Assembly: GCA_040954595.2 (NCBI GenBank)
Contig: CM082587.2
Coordinates: forward strand, 1,449,500-1,513,499
Length of the DNA stretch: 64,000 bases
From: Balanoglossus misakiensis
Taxonomy: Eukaryota > Animalia > Hemichordata
Reading direction: 5' to 3'
Shown: positions 50,901 through 64,000 of the stretch, piece after piece
Numbering within the stretch: position 1 is the stretch's first letter
Layout of the letters: each line of letters opens with the position of its first letter
Notes under the pieces: model-generated
The model's input: only the letters and a program-made list of their open reading frames with translations
Databases searched by the model: none
What the model was told of the DNA's origin: nothing
Translations under genes and position numbers: made by a program

Positions 50901-52722
50901 ATTAAATATAAACCCGGTTTGAGTTGTGTAAATGATGTAGAAATCAGTATACATATACTGCACGAAACTTCAGAAAATGATTGTAAGTCCATGATTTGCT
51001 CCCAGTTATCATATGCTTAAGACAGATACAATAAGCAGAATAACAGTTTTTTTATGTCAAAATAACCACTTGAAATGAACTGATTGACCTACAGACGAAT
51101 ATATTCCATTCTGACTCCAGTCCGGGTCCATGTTGCACCGCAGGTCAAGACCACTACCTGAAGTTGTTGAAAATAGTAGAATTCATAAAAACTCACACGG
51201 CATGATATCATTTGTCCCACAATTGACATTGACTCAATTATAACCTTGACCCCTTTGCTAATCCCATGCATGTGTCTCCTATTAGAGAGAAACCTTTACC
51301 CTCTAGACCTTTTGATAATACAACATGTCGTGCAATCTGTTGATATTCAGTTCTTTGATTCACTTACCAACCGAATGAGTGTAATGATCTTCTGCAGCCA
51401 AATAGTATCCATAGAAATGATCAAAACCTCGCCTGGTTGGTGTGTAGTCAGTTTTGCAAAAACCTAAATGCCATCTGTGATTAAACATATTGCCAAAATT
51501 CAGAGGGAAGAGAAACATCTTGTTGGGTTAGACATGTATAATTGAAACTAAACAAAATACTTTTAAGAGCATATTTTTGTCGAGGCTTAGATTTGTGTCT
51601 TTCTTACTTGCCAACCATGTACGTTGAATATCCCAATTTTTTCATTTCTTCCGGTAGCGTGGTGACATTTAGTGGTAATCCGCTTGGTATGTTACGATGA
51701 AGCCCTCCATCCTATAAAAAAAACAATTACCAAAGTTGAAATATGAATGAAGCTGCTACATCTGTTTCAACAGATTTTTGTCATGCAAGTAGTATGCAAG
51801 TAACACCTTGTTGGTTCATGATCTTAGCGAAATAATTCTTTTTCTGTCATTCAGCAAAAATGTGTTTCATTGTTGCATTTATATTGCGGGGAAAATCGAA
51901 AATAATGATGAGGAATTTTCCAGTTTCACATTTAAATAGCTAATTAAAAATTTGAGGACAAAATATTTTTAATGTTACCTGAAACCCTAAACGGTAAGGG
52001 AAATAGCCACTCAAAATAGCTGCTCTAGTCCTGAAAGAAACAAAAAAGACTCGTGCGTTATTTACAAAATTCTTATTTAATCAAACAGAGATACATGCTT
52101 GCTTTCTTTGGTTATTTGGAATTGATATTGTCCATCTGAATGAGACGACGTGGCATCATACCGAATTATTTCGGTGTTAACCCCCCGTCTGCCGACGTCA
52201 TGGTAAAAATAGAACAAACTGTCAAGGAAAAAAAATATAGTAAAAAATAATGATAGTAATTTTTAACTTACGGACTGCAAGATGGTGACACGTAAGTTTG
52301 GTTCAGAATAACACCTTCTCTGGCAAGTTTATCGATTGTAGGTGTGATGACGTATGGGTTATTATATCCAACTTCACTCCAGCCTAAGTAAAAGTGAAAA
52401 AAGTAACAATGTCTCCTGCGAAGAGGATGGCAGCGTTTTTATTGTTCAGACACGTTTAATGTCACAAACCCCAGTTTCGAATATCATATTTTGGATTTGT
52501 TCGAAAGAAGTAAAATGCGACCGTTCTCAAAAAAGGCAGGTTTAACAATTTTATGAGTTGCTTACCTAAATCGTCAGCCAGGATGAAGATGATATGAGGT
52601 TTTTTGATGGTGTCGTTCCCATAGCTGAACGAAAAGACACTTTGAAAACGCTTGATATTTGTCAAAACATAAAAGGAGAAGACGATTAAACTACACACGG
52701 CAAATCGTTCGCGAAAATGCAT
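47927..52722 (-). CDS. Arylsulfatase, ARSB/ARSI/ARSJ-like (~14 exons)
   Basis: Hydrophobic N-terminus, KPHIIFILADDLGW, formylglycine motif CSP|TRAAILSG, GK|WHLG, PTRRGFDHFYG, VHSPLQ, FSSD|NG, NWPLRGTKGSLHEGG, HAVDWYPTL, DPLEKFNLA and terminal GVWSPGWC. All exons splice in frame. Confidence 0.92.
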
Positions 52723-54077
52723 TGTAGTTTGCACAATCACGGCAATATCAACAAGAGTGCGTTAAAACTGTTGAGCGAAATGCATCGTGTGACAAATATT
52801 AAAATAAAAACTAATTAGCATTCAATTTGGTTACTACTGATTGGTTCCTACTTACTGTTTCGGTTGTTTGGTGTTTGTCACCTCTTACGATATCCAACAT
52901 GTCCTGGGTTTAAGACGTGATACAAACAGGTAAATATCACCAACAATTACAGTGTAACACCTACCTGATAAATGTGTTCTCCCAAACAGCCTCTGATTGG
53001 TTAGAAGATAACAATATGGAAATGCCATATATTGTGTGTTGTCGATAATCAGCACGTCCACTTAATGCTATGAACACTTGCTGTCGAATCCGATTTGGTG
53101 TTCGGTCATCGTTCTTTGTAACTTTTTATCGTTTTGCGCAATTTGATTGGTTGCTAAACACAGTACATGTCATTCAATTTTACACCACGTGCCGTTGGCA
53201 TAGAAACAAGCTCGATTATCTACATTCCAAATGGCATAATGGGTCATCGGGGGTGAGGGGCAAAGTGTTGAATATTTGAAGTTATTGATGGCAAAAGACA
53301 CAGGAAAACTGAAAAATCAAATATTATTGAACTAGCCTGAGTTAAGACTGCACATGTAAGACAAATTGTGTGGTTCTGATAACCAGACCTATCCTAATTT
53401 TTTTAGCTAACGACCCTATACCAGAAGAGTTTCAATTATTTTTATTTCCTTTCAGGTCGTGAGATTGCAGCCTATACATTCTGACCATGGAATCTTTAGG
53501 GTTTCAAAGGGATACCAATCAAGGTAATAGCATATTCCATGAAATTTAGTTTCTGTGTATTATATGTGGCAATCAACGATTACCCGCTGCATGGGAGCCG
53601 GTTATGGTCCTGCAGAGGTATGTCTATGGAATGCTTAATACTAGTAATCTGTGTGGAAATCTGTCATGACGCCGAATGCTTTCGAATAAAGAATAGCCAG
53701 CCAGATGTTACTAAGTCCCAGAGCCTGAGTTACAGTAATGCAGAGTAACACGTGCTCCTATTGTTACATAATCCCTAGAAACAGAAAAGTGTGTATCTGT
53801 GTGTTTATGTGTATGTTCATGTATGTATGTAGATGCTACCAGGTTATTTTCAATCAGGATTACACGCGTGTGTAAAACATCAACAAAAACAGAAAGGCAT
53901 TCACCACCTGGTTGTTATCTTTATTTTAGAGAAACTGTTCCACGTTGTCTGGTGTCAACTAATTATCTCCCTGAATACCGTATTTAGAGAACCCTATTTA
54001 TAGGAATAATCACGAATATCTAGAGGACTTAAATCAAACACTATTAGTATCATTCCCACTGAGACGGAGTGTTCAAT

Positions 54078-56126
54078 ATGTCGGAGGATCGTTCCCCAAC
54101 TCGTGAGGACAAGGGCGTGTATCGGTGGATAGTGGTGTTGGCATCGCATGTCTGTAACATGTTTACATTAGGTGCATTCCAATCGGCCGGTCCCATACTC
54201 GTGGCGATTGAGAGAGAGTTCAAGTTAACGGCAGCGCAAACGTCATGGCTGCTGTCATCCCAATTGATTACACTTTCCATATTAAGTAAGTCCCAATCTA
54301 ATTCCTTGTGAGATTCATTTCAAGTCAACTCGGCGATTTTTGTCGTGACAACGGAGGGCGTGGGCACTAATGCCACCATGATTTCACCACATTCTTTTCG
54401 CTGAAAACAGGTCCCGTTTCAAATGCGACAACCAAGAAGTTCGGTTTCCGGGTCACCGTTTTTGTTGGCGGTCTCATGTGTTCGCTGGGTTCGCTTTTGA
54501 GTTCTCTCTCGACAAATGCTGTCTTTCTGTACTTCAGTTTCGGCGTTGTGACAGGTGAGTCATGATGTCATGTTTCTTTGCAACACCGTGGTCATTAAGA
54601 TTGATTCTGTTCCGATGTATTTTTTGTTGTATGACTAGCATTGACATATTGGGGCGAAACCATCCCGAGAGTTTCCTTAGGGATACAAGAGAAACTAATA
54701 GGACCACAGGTAGAATCGCCTCGTTTTGCATTACATTTTGTCGCACATCCATCCTACTTCATAAATAGCTTCTCTGAACATAATTGCAGGACTGGGACAT
54801 GCGCTCATCACCGGTCCTAGCCTTGGAATAATTCCCTTGTATTTCAAAACAAGGTATGTCGCTGCCAATTCAATTGCCGCGGCCGGAAGTGGTACCGGAA
54901 GTCTACTGTGGGCCCCCGTGTTTCAAGCGCTTATTGACAGTTACGGGTGGAGAAACACGTTCATCGTCTTCATGGGATTGCAACTACTTGTGTGCCTATG
55001 CGCCCTGGTGTTTAAGAATCCCCTGAATGATACTGGATATTCGGAAACGAAGATTGGAAATTCTGGAACTGGAATTTCCAATGGCTCTCATAGGAATGAG
55101 GAAACCAAAAGCTTTCTGCAAAGGGCAGAGCCATCTGACGAAACTATGTGTGCGATCTTGCATCTTTTTGGTTGCAATCTCCTCGTTGAATATAAGTATT
55201 TTACGATTTTTGCTGTAGTGTGTTCTTTAGCGCTTGGTGCTGGGTTTCTGGGCTTACCAGCATACATAGTTATTCGAGCGGAATCCCTTGAACTGGCAAC
55301 ATCTCAAGAAATCTCTTTCTTGGTGTCAGCACTCGGTGTATCTAGCATTTTGGGACGGTTTTTCTCGATTTTAATTGTAAATGGGGAGAGTCTTATTTTC
55401 AAAAGTTGGAATGTTTTCGGCTTTTCGATGTTTTGCCTCGGCATGGGGACACTTGTTAGTGTTCTTGCTGAAAAATATGTGCTTTACGCGATGTATGTCA
55501 TTTCAGTGGGCGTTTTATCTGGGGTTTTCTTTTCTTGCTTCACTCTTGCTATAGCAGACTGTGTTGGTGTCGAGAACGTTACTGCTGGTTTTAATCTTGC
55601 CAGGACAATAAATGCCGTCGGTTGTCTTATCGGCCCGGTTGTCGCAGGTACGATAGTATCAGTTATATTCCTATTTTCTTGTGTCTTGTACATTACTCAG
55701 CATAGTGATTCAATTTTATGTTGGGAACGCATCGCCAGCTAATGTCACTTGAGGGCGTTTGCAGAAGAATATGGTTTTGGTATCACATTCTTTGTACAAA
55801 CAACTTACCCATGACAAAATAAAGGCATAAATCGGGTATCACGTGCATTCTCTGTAGAGGAAACATGACCCAGTGGATCACTATTGAACTTTGACCTCTC
55901 TGATACACTTACATCCATAGGGTGGCTGTATGACGTCACTGGCAGCTATGATGCCTCCTTCTACTGGTTCGGTGGCCTTATGACGTTTTCGGGAATTTTC
56001 CTGCTCACCACCGATCTCTGGCGGGGCAGATCAGTTGATAAAGAAAAGCAGCTGGTCAAGACGTATGGAACACAAAGCGGTGTTTTCTATGAATCCAGAA
56101 GTGAGAATGAATGTGACGATAAATAA
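54078..56126 (+). CDS. SLC16 monocarboxylate-transporter-like MFS protein, 4 coding exons
   Basis: EDKGVYRWIVVLASH (variant of the PDGGWGW motif), KKFGFRVTVFVGG, YFKTRYVAANSIAAAGSG, YGWR, GPVVAG|WLYDVTGSYD. Confidence 0.88.
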
Positions 56127-57479
56127 AACTAAGTCTTATATTTGTCATCTTTGGGTTTCAGTTTATATTTTGTCTCATTCTCTGATTGTTGAAATATATG
56201 GTCTGGTCTTTCCACCTGACAAAAAAGTCACAAATACCAATATTTGTAAATGATTTATTCTGACGTGCGTCAGAGCAATCGTTTTCAAAAAGCTTCAAAC
56301 GATAATACAATCTCGTTGCTGATTGGTTCGAGTCACCTGGACTACCTGGACATGGTAATTACCGACTACCATCCGGGCATTTTCGGAAAAGACGGTCACG
56401 CCACTCATACTCAGTGCACGTGGACTTCATTTTGATGCGGGGCGCAGACAACTCAACAACAGAGTTTCTGCGCTGTTTTTTTGCTGTAAAGGCCACGGTA
56501 AGTAAAGTTACAGAAGTAGACACAATTACTCAGTTATTAACGAGAGCTATGTGCTATTTTGTGGCGAGTAACGGGACAACCAAGTCCACGTCCGACGAGC
56601 ACTGAAAAAGAACATGCGGCAGTCAAACAGCTCGACTCGGCGTTTCACTGCGTTTGAATTTACAAATTCCTTTCTTTCGCGTTACCCAACCTGAGATGCA
56701 CGGTTTATTAGACTAGTCGGTGTTGTAGCTCTTTGCCGGTGGGCAGCCGTTTTTTTTTGTACGCCCAAAACACAATTCAGTTTCTCTAGAAAAGGAAGGT
56801 TCGGTCAATTGGTAGCGGGTTCGCGTGTGGTCAGTGAGTTTTCGAGTGTGAGCGAATGCAAATTATACTAGCCCCTTATTGTAAAATAAACAGTTAATTA
56901 ACCACGTTGCCAAAGTGAGAGTGAAATTCCAGGCAACTATACAAATTTGTTTGGTGTACCACCTGTGAATGAACAACCGTTGGTGTGCGGTGATCACGGT
57001 AGACGTTTTGATTCATGTTCATGGATATAATAGACATTCACTTCAACGTTCGTCTACTTATTTTGCAGACGCGTGGACCAGATGTTCCATGGCTGAGTGG
57101 AGACCAACAGATTCCCGATGTTTCAAGCCAGATGGAACAAGTAAGCAATATTTATACGTGTATATTGAAACGCCAGTATCAACCGAGCCTTTCTTTACTT
57201 GTGGCCATGTTGAAGACATTTTCCCGATTCTGACTGGTGCCGGTACCCAGCTCAGCGCAATATATGGATGTCATCTTTATTGTGAGTGTGTGTGCACATG
57301 TGTGTCAAGGTGTAAGTTGTGTACTCCGGCCATGCAACGGTAACTTCATGAGGTAAGCGCTTGTATGTTCCATGGCTGAATAAAGACCAGTGGATGGTAT
57401 GAGGTTTCATAACAAGTAAGTTATATAGACATAAATAAAATCCCCGGGGCGGGTGGGTCCCATCCCTCAGACCGTCGGT

Positions 57480-58620
57480 TAATACTTAATACAAATTTGT
57501 TTGAGCCTTGTAATCTTTCGTCATTATTCAATAAAAAAATATTAAAAACATACACGCACTCATAATACTGGGAGTGGTTTATTTCCGTACCGATCATCTT
57601 CTCACGTGCGTATATAGTTAATACAGGTTTCTTGAGATTGTGATCTTCGACATTATTCAATAAAAAATTATCAAAAACATACATTGTACTGATAAAACTG
57701 GGAGTGGTTTATTTCCGTACCGATCATCTTCGCGCGTGCGTATATAGTTAATACAGGTTTCTTGAGATTGTGATCTTCGACATTATTCAATAAAAAATTA
57801 TCAAAAACATACATTGTACTGATAAAACTGGGAGTGGTTTATTTCCGTACCGATCATCTTCTCACGTGCGTATATAGTTAATACAGGTTTCTTGAGATTG
57901 TGATCTTCGACATTATTCAATAAAAAATTATCAAAAACATACATTGTACTGATAAAACTGGGAGTGGTTTATTTCCGTACCGATCATCTCCTCACGTGCG
58001 TATATAGTTAATACAGGTTTCTTGAGATTGTGATCTTCGACATTATTCAATAAAAAATTATCAAAAACATACATTGTACTGATAAAACTGGGAGTGGTTT
58101 ATTTCCGTACCGATCATCTTCTCACGTGCGTATATAGTTAATACAGGTTTCTTGAGATTGTGATCTTCGACATTATTCAATAAAAAATTATCAAAAACAT
58201 ACATTGTACTGATAAAACTGGGAGTGGTTTATTTCCGTACCGATCATCTTCTCACGTGCGTATATAGTTAATACAGGTTTCTTGAGATTGTGATTTTCGA
58301 CATTATTCAATAAAAAATTATCAAAAACATACATTGTACTGATAAAACTGGGAGTGGTTTATTTCCGTACCGATCATCTTCTCACGTGCGTATATAGTTA
58401 ATACAGGTTTCTTGAGATTGTGATCTTCGACATTATTCAATAAAAAATTATCAAAAACATACATTGTACTGATAAAACTGGGAGTGGTTTATTTCCGTAC
58501 CGATCATCTTCTCACGTGCGTACATATCTTGGTCCGTTTTTGAGACTTGTAATCTTTTCATTTTCCCTTAGTACAATAAAAGTTAATATAAAAAAATACA
58601 TGTATAACCTGGGAGTGATT
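57480..58620. repeat. 120-bp minisatellite, ~8 near-identical copies with degenerate flanking units
   Basis: Unit ACTGGGAGTGGTTTATTTCCGTACCGATCATC...CATACATTGTACTGATAAA repeats with exact 120-nt period across ~57600-58520. Confidence 0.95.
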
Positions 58621-60023
58621 TTGGCTCCTCGCGTATTTGTATGTCTCTGTTAGCCCGAGTCTGTTATTATAGTAAAATAATTTATGTACTCGTATTTTCC
58701 AGTAGATTTTTGAGATTTCTTCTGTTTTTGAATGTTTTTCAATTACTCCAATGTAATTTTATGAAAAATTTACTCTAGTTTGTGATTGTACCTTTTGTAT
58801 TTTTTATTCGTTACGTGAAAGTATTTCTTTGTTGTATTTCTTTCAAGTTTACCAACATGATGTTTTTTGTTGTATGTTAAGTCCACAGAACTATTGTAAA
58901 TCTTTTGTCTGTTTATTAGAATTATTGTATTTTCAATAAAACCAGAATTGAACGAAAGATATAACTCGTCTCTGTATGAATTTATTCAACCAATACTAAG
59001 ATAATTATTGAAAATTGGTCAAAAGTCGGCACTTGATTTGAAAACAAAATGTTCACTCATCTCACTGACCCTAAAAAAGTTTGCATCAATTATAAATGAT
59101 TCTGACTGGTGCCTGTACAAACCCCAAGTTTACCGACTTTGCTCGAAATGTGCTCGTTATTGTGAGTATGTGTGTCTGTCTGTATGTCTGTGTGTGTGTA
59201 AGTTGTATATTCCTGCCATGCAACTGACAACATGAGGTAAGCGCTTGTATGTTTCATGGCCGAGTTGAAGACCCGTGGATGCTGTGGGGATTGCAAGCAG
59301 TATTGAACAAGTAAGTGACATAATCTAGATTTGGATGGGGGTTTTCCTTTATCGAAGTCTACAGAATGTAATGTATATCTTCTTAATTAAAACTATGAAT
59401 TCAAGTTCATTTGAAAATGGTTTTCAATAAAAAATAGAATAAAGATTTTATTGGTGCCCGTGTCATTTTATTCAACCATGCTAAGATAATTATTGAAACA
59501 TGATCAAAAGTCGGTCTTTGATTTGAAAACAATCATTTGTATCCTTGACCCTCAAGGTTCGCATTTACAAAGAAAGGTCAAAGGTCATCACAATTTTGGC
59601 AAATTCTGTTTCCTTAATTGGCTACACCAACCGAAATATTTGTTTATGCCTTCTACTGGTGTTGAGGTATTAAACGTTTAGGCTAAAGGTCACCTTTAGA
59701 TGTTAAAGAAATTCTGGTCTCTTATTGACCTACATTTATGAGCCCGGTCTGTTTTTTAAAGTGCTGAACAGTGAGTGGGTGGAGCTTATGGTTCGCCCCT
59801 ACATTTCTACCCACAATGCAATTTCAATTACTTACATGTTTGCATGCAATGACCTATAAACCTTAGTATAGTATGCTTATGTGCTCACATTTCCGACTCC
59901 GGAAGCACTAGGCTTTGCACGGCGACGAAAACATTTGACATTAGACCTTCTCAGGCGACAGAAATTGCACATTGCACAGTAAGCACGTCATCGTCAGGGC
60001 TCCCTCAAGACTAGATAGTCAGC

Positions 60024-60883
60024 ATGATCGCCAAGGCTATTCTCGCGATACTTCTCGTGGTGACAGGAACACAGATAGCAAAACTTATGTAAGTATTAGT
60101 TATTTCCAAAAAAATCATGTATTCTGTAGTACGTGACATTTTAGGTACACAACAGCCACGGGTTACTGCTGCATGCTATCTGTTGTACTCTGGACCACTG
60201 TGACTTTAAGTGACCTAATTGAAATCACAGTAGTTATAGATTAGCTATAGATCGACTATATTGCCGTAAATTTCACTGTCAAGCTTTGTAATTTATTATA
60301 TTTAGTGATGAACTGATATAAATACTTCATGTAACCCCCTTTGCACATGGGCGAAATGCCTTGAAATGTCAATAAAGCTATTATTATTATATATTAAAAA
60401 GTTGTATTGATGTTTTTAATCTACTGTCTACCATGACGTACATCTCTTCAAATACCTACACATTTCTCATTATTGGACCCAAGAAATTAAGCCATATCAT
60501 TAGATAAAGAACAGTCTGAACAGAAATCTCCATTACGGCAGAATTGTTGTTCTGTTTTAGCTATTCCCAGGACTACCACAAAACAATGTACAGCCACCAA
60601 CCAGGGCGGTGTCGTGTTCTGCCATCGGTGGGTAAGTTCTAATGCATAGGTCATCACCGTTCGATGCCCAGGTCTCATTAAAATCGTGTGTGAACTCAAG
60701 TAAATCTCAGTGCCATTAAAATGACTGCAATCGAATTGACGTATGTAGTTTGCAATGACATGTGTAAGTTGGCAAGGACCTGCAATGGTCACATTTCATT
60801 AATCTATGCACAGCTGCTTTCTTACAGTCAATAGTTCCGAAGATATCACTGTCACTAAAGAAGGGTTGGCGTTCATGGCGACA
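60024..60883 (+). CDS. Paraoxonase/arylesterase (PON/MEC-6 family), first three exons only; remainder not in window
   Basis: Exons 60024-60088, 60561-60631 (71 nt) and 60828-60883 (56 nt) splice to MIAKAILAILLVVTGTQIAKLIYSQDYHKTMYSHQPGRCRVLPSVVNSSEDITVTKEGLAFMAT, matching the PON N-terminus (C..v.gie.GSED...pnGLAF). Not shown in the ORF track. Confidence 0.8.
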
Positions 60884-61039
60884 GTAAGTTTTTCTAAGTT
60901 AGGAATTAGACATTTTACATAATTTTCATGAGATACAACGAATGAAAAATGTCTAAAGATGTCCAAAACTGACAAAATCACAAAATCAAAATGACAAAAT
61001 CACATCTTCAAAGAGACCAATTGTCGACTTTGGGAACTT

Positions 61040-64000
61040 TTAACGATTTGGTCATTTTTGGACATTTTTCATGGGTTATAGACAATTTTTCGATTTGGCG
61101 AAATTTGGCAATTTTATAACCCATGGTTTTTATCAAAAAATGACCACATTTTGAAATTTCGCGAAGTCGAAAAATTTACATTTCTGGATGATTTTCATGA
61201 GCTATAACCTTGACATTTCTGGATGATTTTCATGAGCTATAACCCATGGTTTTTATCAAAAAGTGACCAAATTTTGAAATTTCGCGTAGTCGAAAAATTG
61301 ACATTTCTGGATGATTTTCATGAGCTATAACCCATGGTTTTTATCAAAAAATGACCAAATTTTGAAATTTCGCGAAGTCGAAAAATTGACATTTCTGGAT
61401 GATTTTCATGAGCTATAACCCATGGTTTTTATCAAAAAATGACCAAATTTTGAAATTTCGCTAAGTCGAAAAATTGACATTTCTGGATGATTTTCAAGAG
61501 CTATAACCCACGGTTTTTTCAAAAAATGACCAAATTTTGAAAATTCGCAAAGTCGAAAAATCTTCGATTTCTGACGATTTTCCTGAGCTATAACCCATGG
61601 TTTTTTCAAAAAATGACCAAATTTTGAAAATTCGCGAAGTCGAAAAATCTTCGATTTCTGACGATTTTCCTGAGCTATAACCCATGGTTTTTTCAAAAAA
61701 TGACCAAATTTTGAAAATTCGCAAAGTCGAAAAATCTTCGATTTCTGACGATTTTCCTGAGCTATAACCCATGGTTTTTTCAAAAAATGACCACATTTTG
61801 AAAATTCGCAAAGTCGAAAAATCTTCGATTTCTGACGATTTTCCTGAGCTATAACCCATGGTTTTTTCAAAAAATGACCAAATTTTGAAAATTCGCAAAG
61901 TCGAAAAATCTTCGATTTCTGACGATTTTCCTGAGCTATAACCCATGGTTTTTTCAAAAAATGACCAAATTTTGAAAATTCGCAAAGTCGAAAAATCTTC
62001 GATTTCTGACGATTTTCCTGAGCTATAACCCATGGTTTTTTCAAAAAATGACCAAATTTTGAAAATTCGCAAAGTCGAAAAATCTTCGATTTCTGACGAT
62101 TTTCCTGAGCTATAACCCATGGTTTTTTCAAAAAATGACCAAATTTTGAAAATTCGCAAAGTCGAAAAATCTTCGATTTCTGACGATTTTCCTGAGCTAT
62201 AACCCATGGTTTTTTCAAAAAATGACCAAATTTTGAAAATTCGCAAAGTCGAAAAATCTTCGATTTCTGACGATTTTCCTGAGCTATAACCCATGGTTTT
62301 TTCAAAAAATGACCAAATTTTGAAAATTCGCAAAGTCGAAAAATCTTCGATTTCTGACGATTTTCCTGAGCTATAACCCATGGTTTTTTCAAAAAATGAC
62401 CAAATTTTGAAAATTCGCAAAGTCGAAAAATCTTCGATTTCTGACGATTTTCCTGAGCTATAACCCATGGTTTTTTCAAAAAATGACCAAATTTTGAAAA
62501 TTCGCAAAGTCGAAAAATCTTCGATTTCTGACGATTTTCCTGAGCTATAACCCATGGTTTTTATCAAAAAATGACCAAATTTTGAAAATTCGCAAAGTCG
62601 AAAAATCTTCGATTTCTGACGATTTTCCTGAGCTATAACCCATGGTTTTTTCAAAAAATGACCAAATTTTGAAAATTCGCAAAGTCGAAAAATCTTCGAT
62701 TTCTGACGATTTTCCTGAGCTATAACCCATGGTTTTTTCAAAAAATGACCAAATTTTGAAAATTCGCGAAGTCGAAAAATCTTCGATTTCTGACGATTTT
62801 CCTGAGCTATAACCCATGGTTTTTTCAAAAAATGACCAAATTTTGAAAATTCGCAAAGTCGAAAAATCTTCGATTTCTGACGATTTTCCTGAGCTATAAC
62901 CCATGGTTTTTTCAAAAAATGACCACATTTTGAAAATTCGCAAAGTCGAAAAATCTTCGATTTCTGACGATTTTCCTGAGCTATAACCCATGGTTTTTTC
63001 AAAAAATGACCAAATTTTGAAAATTCGCAAAGTCGAAAAATCTTCGATTTCTGACGATTTTCCTGAGCTATAACCCATGGTTTTTTCAAAAAATGACCAA
63101 ATTTTGAAAATTCGCAAAGTCGAAAAATCTTCGATTTCTGACGATTTTCCTGAGCTATAACCCATGGTTTTTTCAAAAAATGACCAAATTTTGAAAATTC
63201 GCAAAGTCGAAAAATCTTCGATTTCTGACGATTTTCCTGAGCTATAACCCATGGTTTTTTCAAAAAATGACCAAATTTTGAAAATTCGCAAAGTCGAAAA
63301 ATCTTCGATTTCTGACGATTTTCCTGAGCTATAACCCATGGTTTTTTCAAAAAATGACCAAATTTTGAAAATTCGCAAAGTCGAAAAATCTTCGATTTCT
63401 GACGATTTTCCTGAGCTATAACCCATGGTTTTTTCAAAAAATGACCAAATTTTGAAAATTCGCAAAGTCGAAAAATCTTCGATTTCTGACGATTTTCCTG
63501 AGCTATAACCCATGGTTTTTATCAAAAAATGACCAAATTTTGAAAATTCGCAAAGTCGAAAAATCTTCGATTTCTGACGATTTTCCTGAGCTATAACCCA
63601 TGGTTTTTATCAAAAAATGACCAAATTTTGAAAATTCGCAAAGTCGAAAAATCTTCGATTTCTGACGATTTTCCTGAGCTATAACCCATGGTTTTTATCA
63701 AAAAATGACCAAATTTTGAAAATTCGCAAAGTCGAAAAATCTTCGATTTCTGACGATTTTCCTGAGCTATAACCCATGGTTTTTATCAAAAAATGACCAA
63801 ATTTTGAAAATTCGCAAAGTCGAAAAATCTTCGATTTCTGACGATTTTCCTGAGCTATAACCCATGGTTTTTATCAAAAAATGACCAAATTTTGAAAATT
63901 CGCAAAGTCGAAAAATCTTCGATTTCTGACGATTTTCCTGAGCTATAACCCATGGTTTTTATCAAAAAATGACCAAATTTTGAAAATTCGCAAAGTCGAA
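61040..64000. repeat. 87/88-bp satellite array (>30 monomers, runs off window end)
   Basis: Monomer GAGCTATAACCCATGGTTTTT(A)TCAAAAAATGACCAAATTTTGAAAATTCGCAAAGTCGAAAAATCTTCGATTTCTGACGATTTTCCT; diverged monomers at the left edge (~61040-61500). Confidence 0.97.

Noticed and set aside
61406-63525. Long ORFs of 357, 647 and 326 aa on the minus strand
   Set aside because: They are translations of an 87-bp (29-codon) satellite monomer. Frames switch at 88-bp variants and there is no real start context.
57480-64000. Tandem arrays as possible CRISPR arrays
   Set aside because: The units are wholly repeated with no unique spacers, there are no cas genes, and the context is eukaryotic.

Overview
AT-rich, intron-dense animal genomic DNA with GT-AG spliceosomal introns; a marine invertebrate deuterostome is my inference. 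Eleven protein-coding genes could be reconstructed by hand: FKBPL(-), GOLGA1/golgin-97(+), a bacterial-type crotonase ending in a peroxisomal -SKL(+), ZDHHC12(-), ODR4(+, with a U12-type intron), a 208-aa protein made only of three MLLE/PABC domains(-), RPL28(+), a DUF885 putative metallo-hydrolase(-), PIP5KL1(-), an ARSB/I/J-like arylsulfatase(-) and an SLC16-like transporter(+). The first three exons of a paraoxonase(+) follow and run into an 87/88-bp satellite that continues to the window end. Highlights are the stand-alone triple-MLLE gene head-to-head with RPL28, two mutually exclusive DUF885 exons that each carry the HEGEPGHH motif, a gene set mapping to human MHC-paralogon regions, a pri-miRNA-like hairpin in the gene-free 35-43 kb interval, and a 13-monomer higher-order repeat in the satellite. 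Orthology calls rest on remembered protein motifs, not on database searches.
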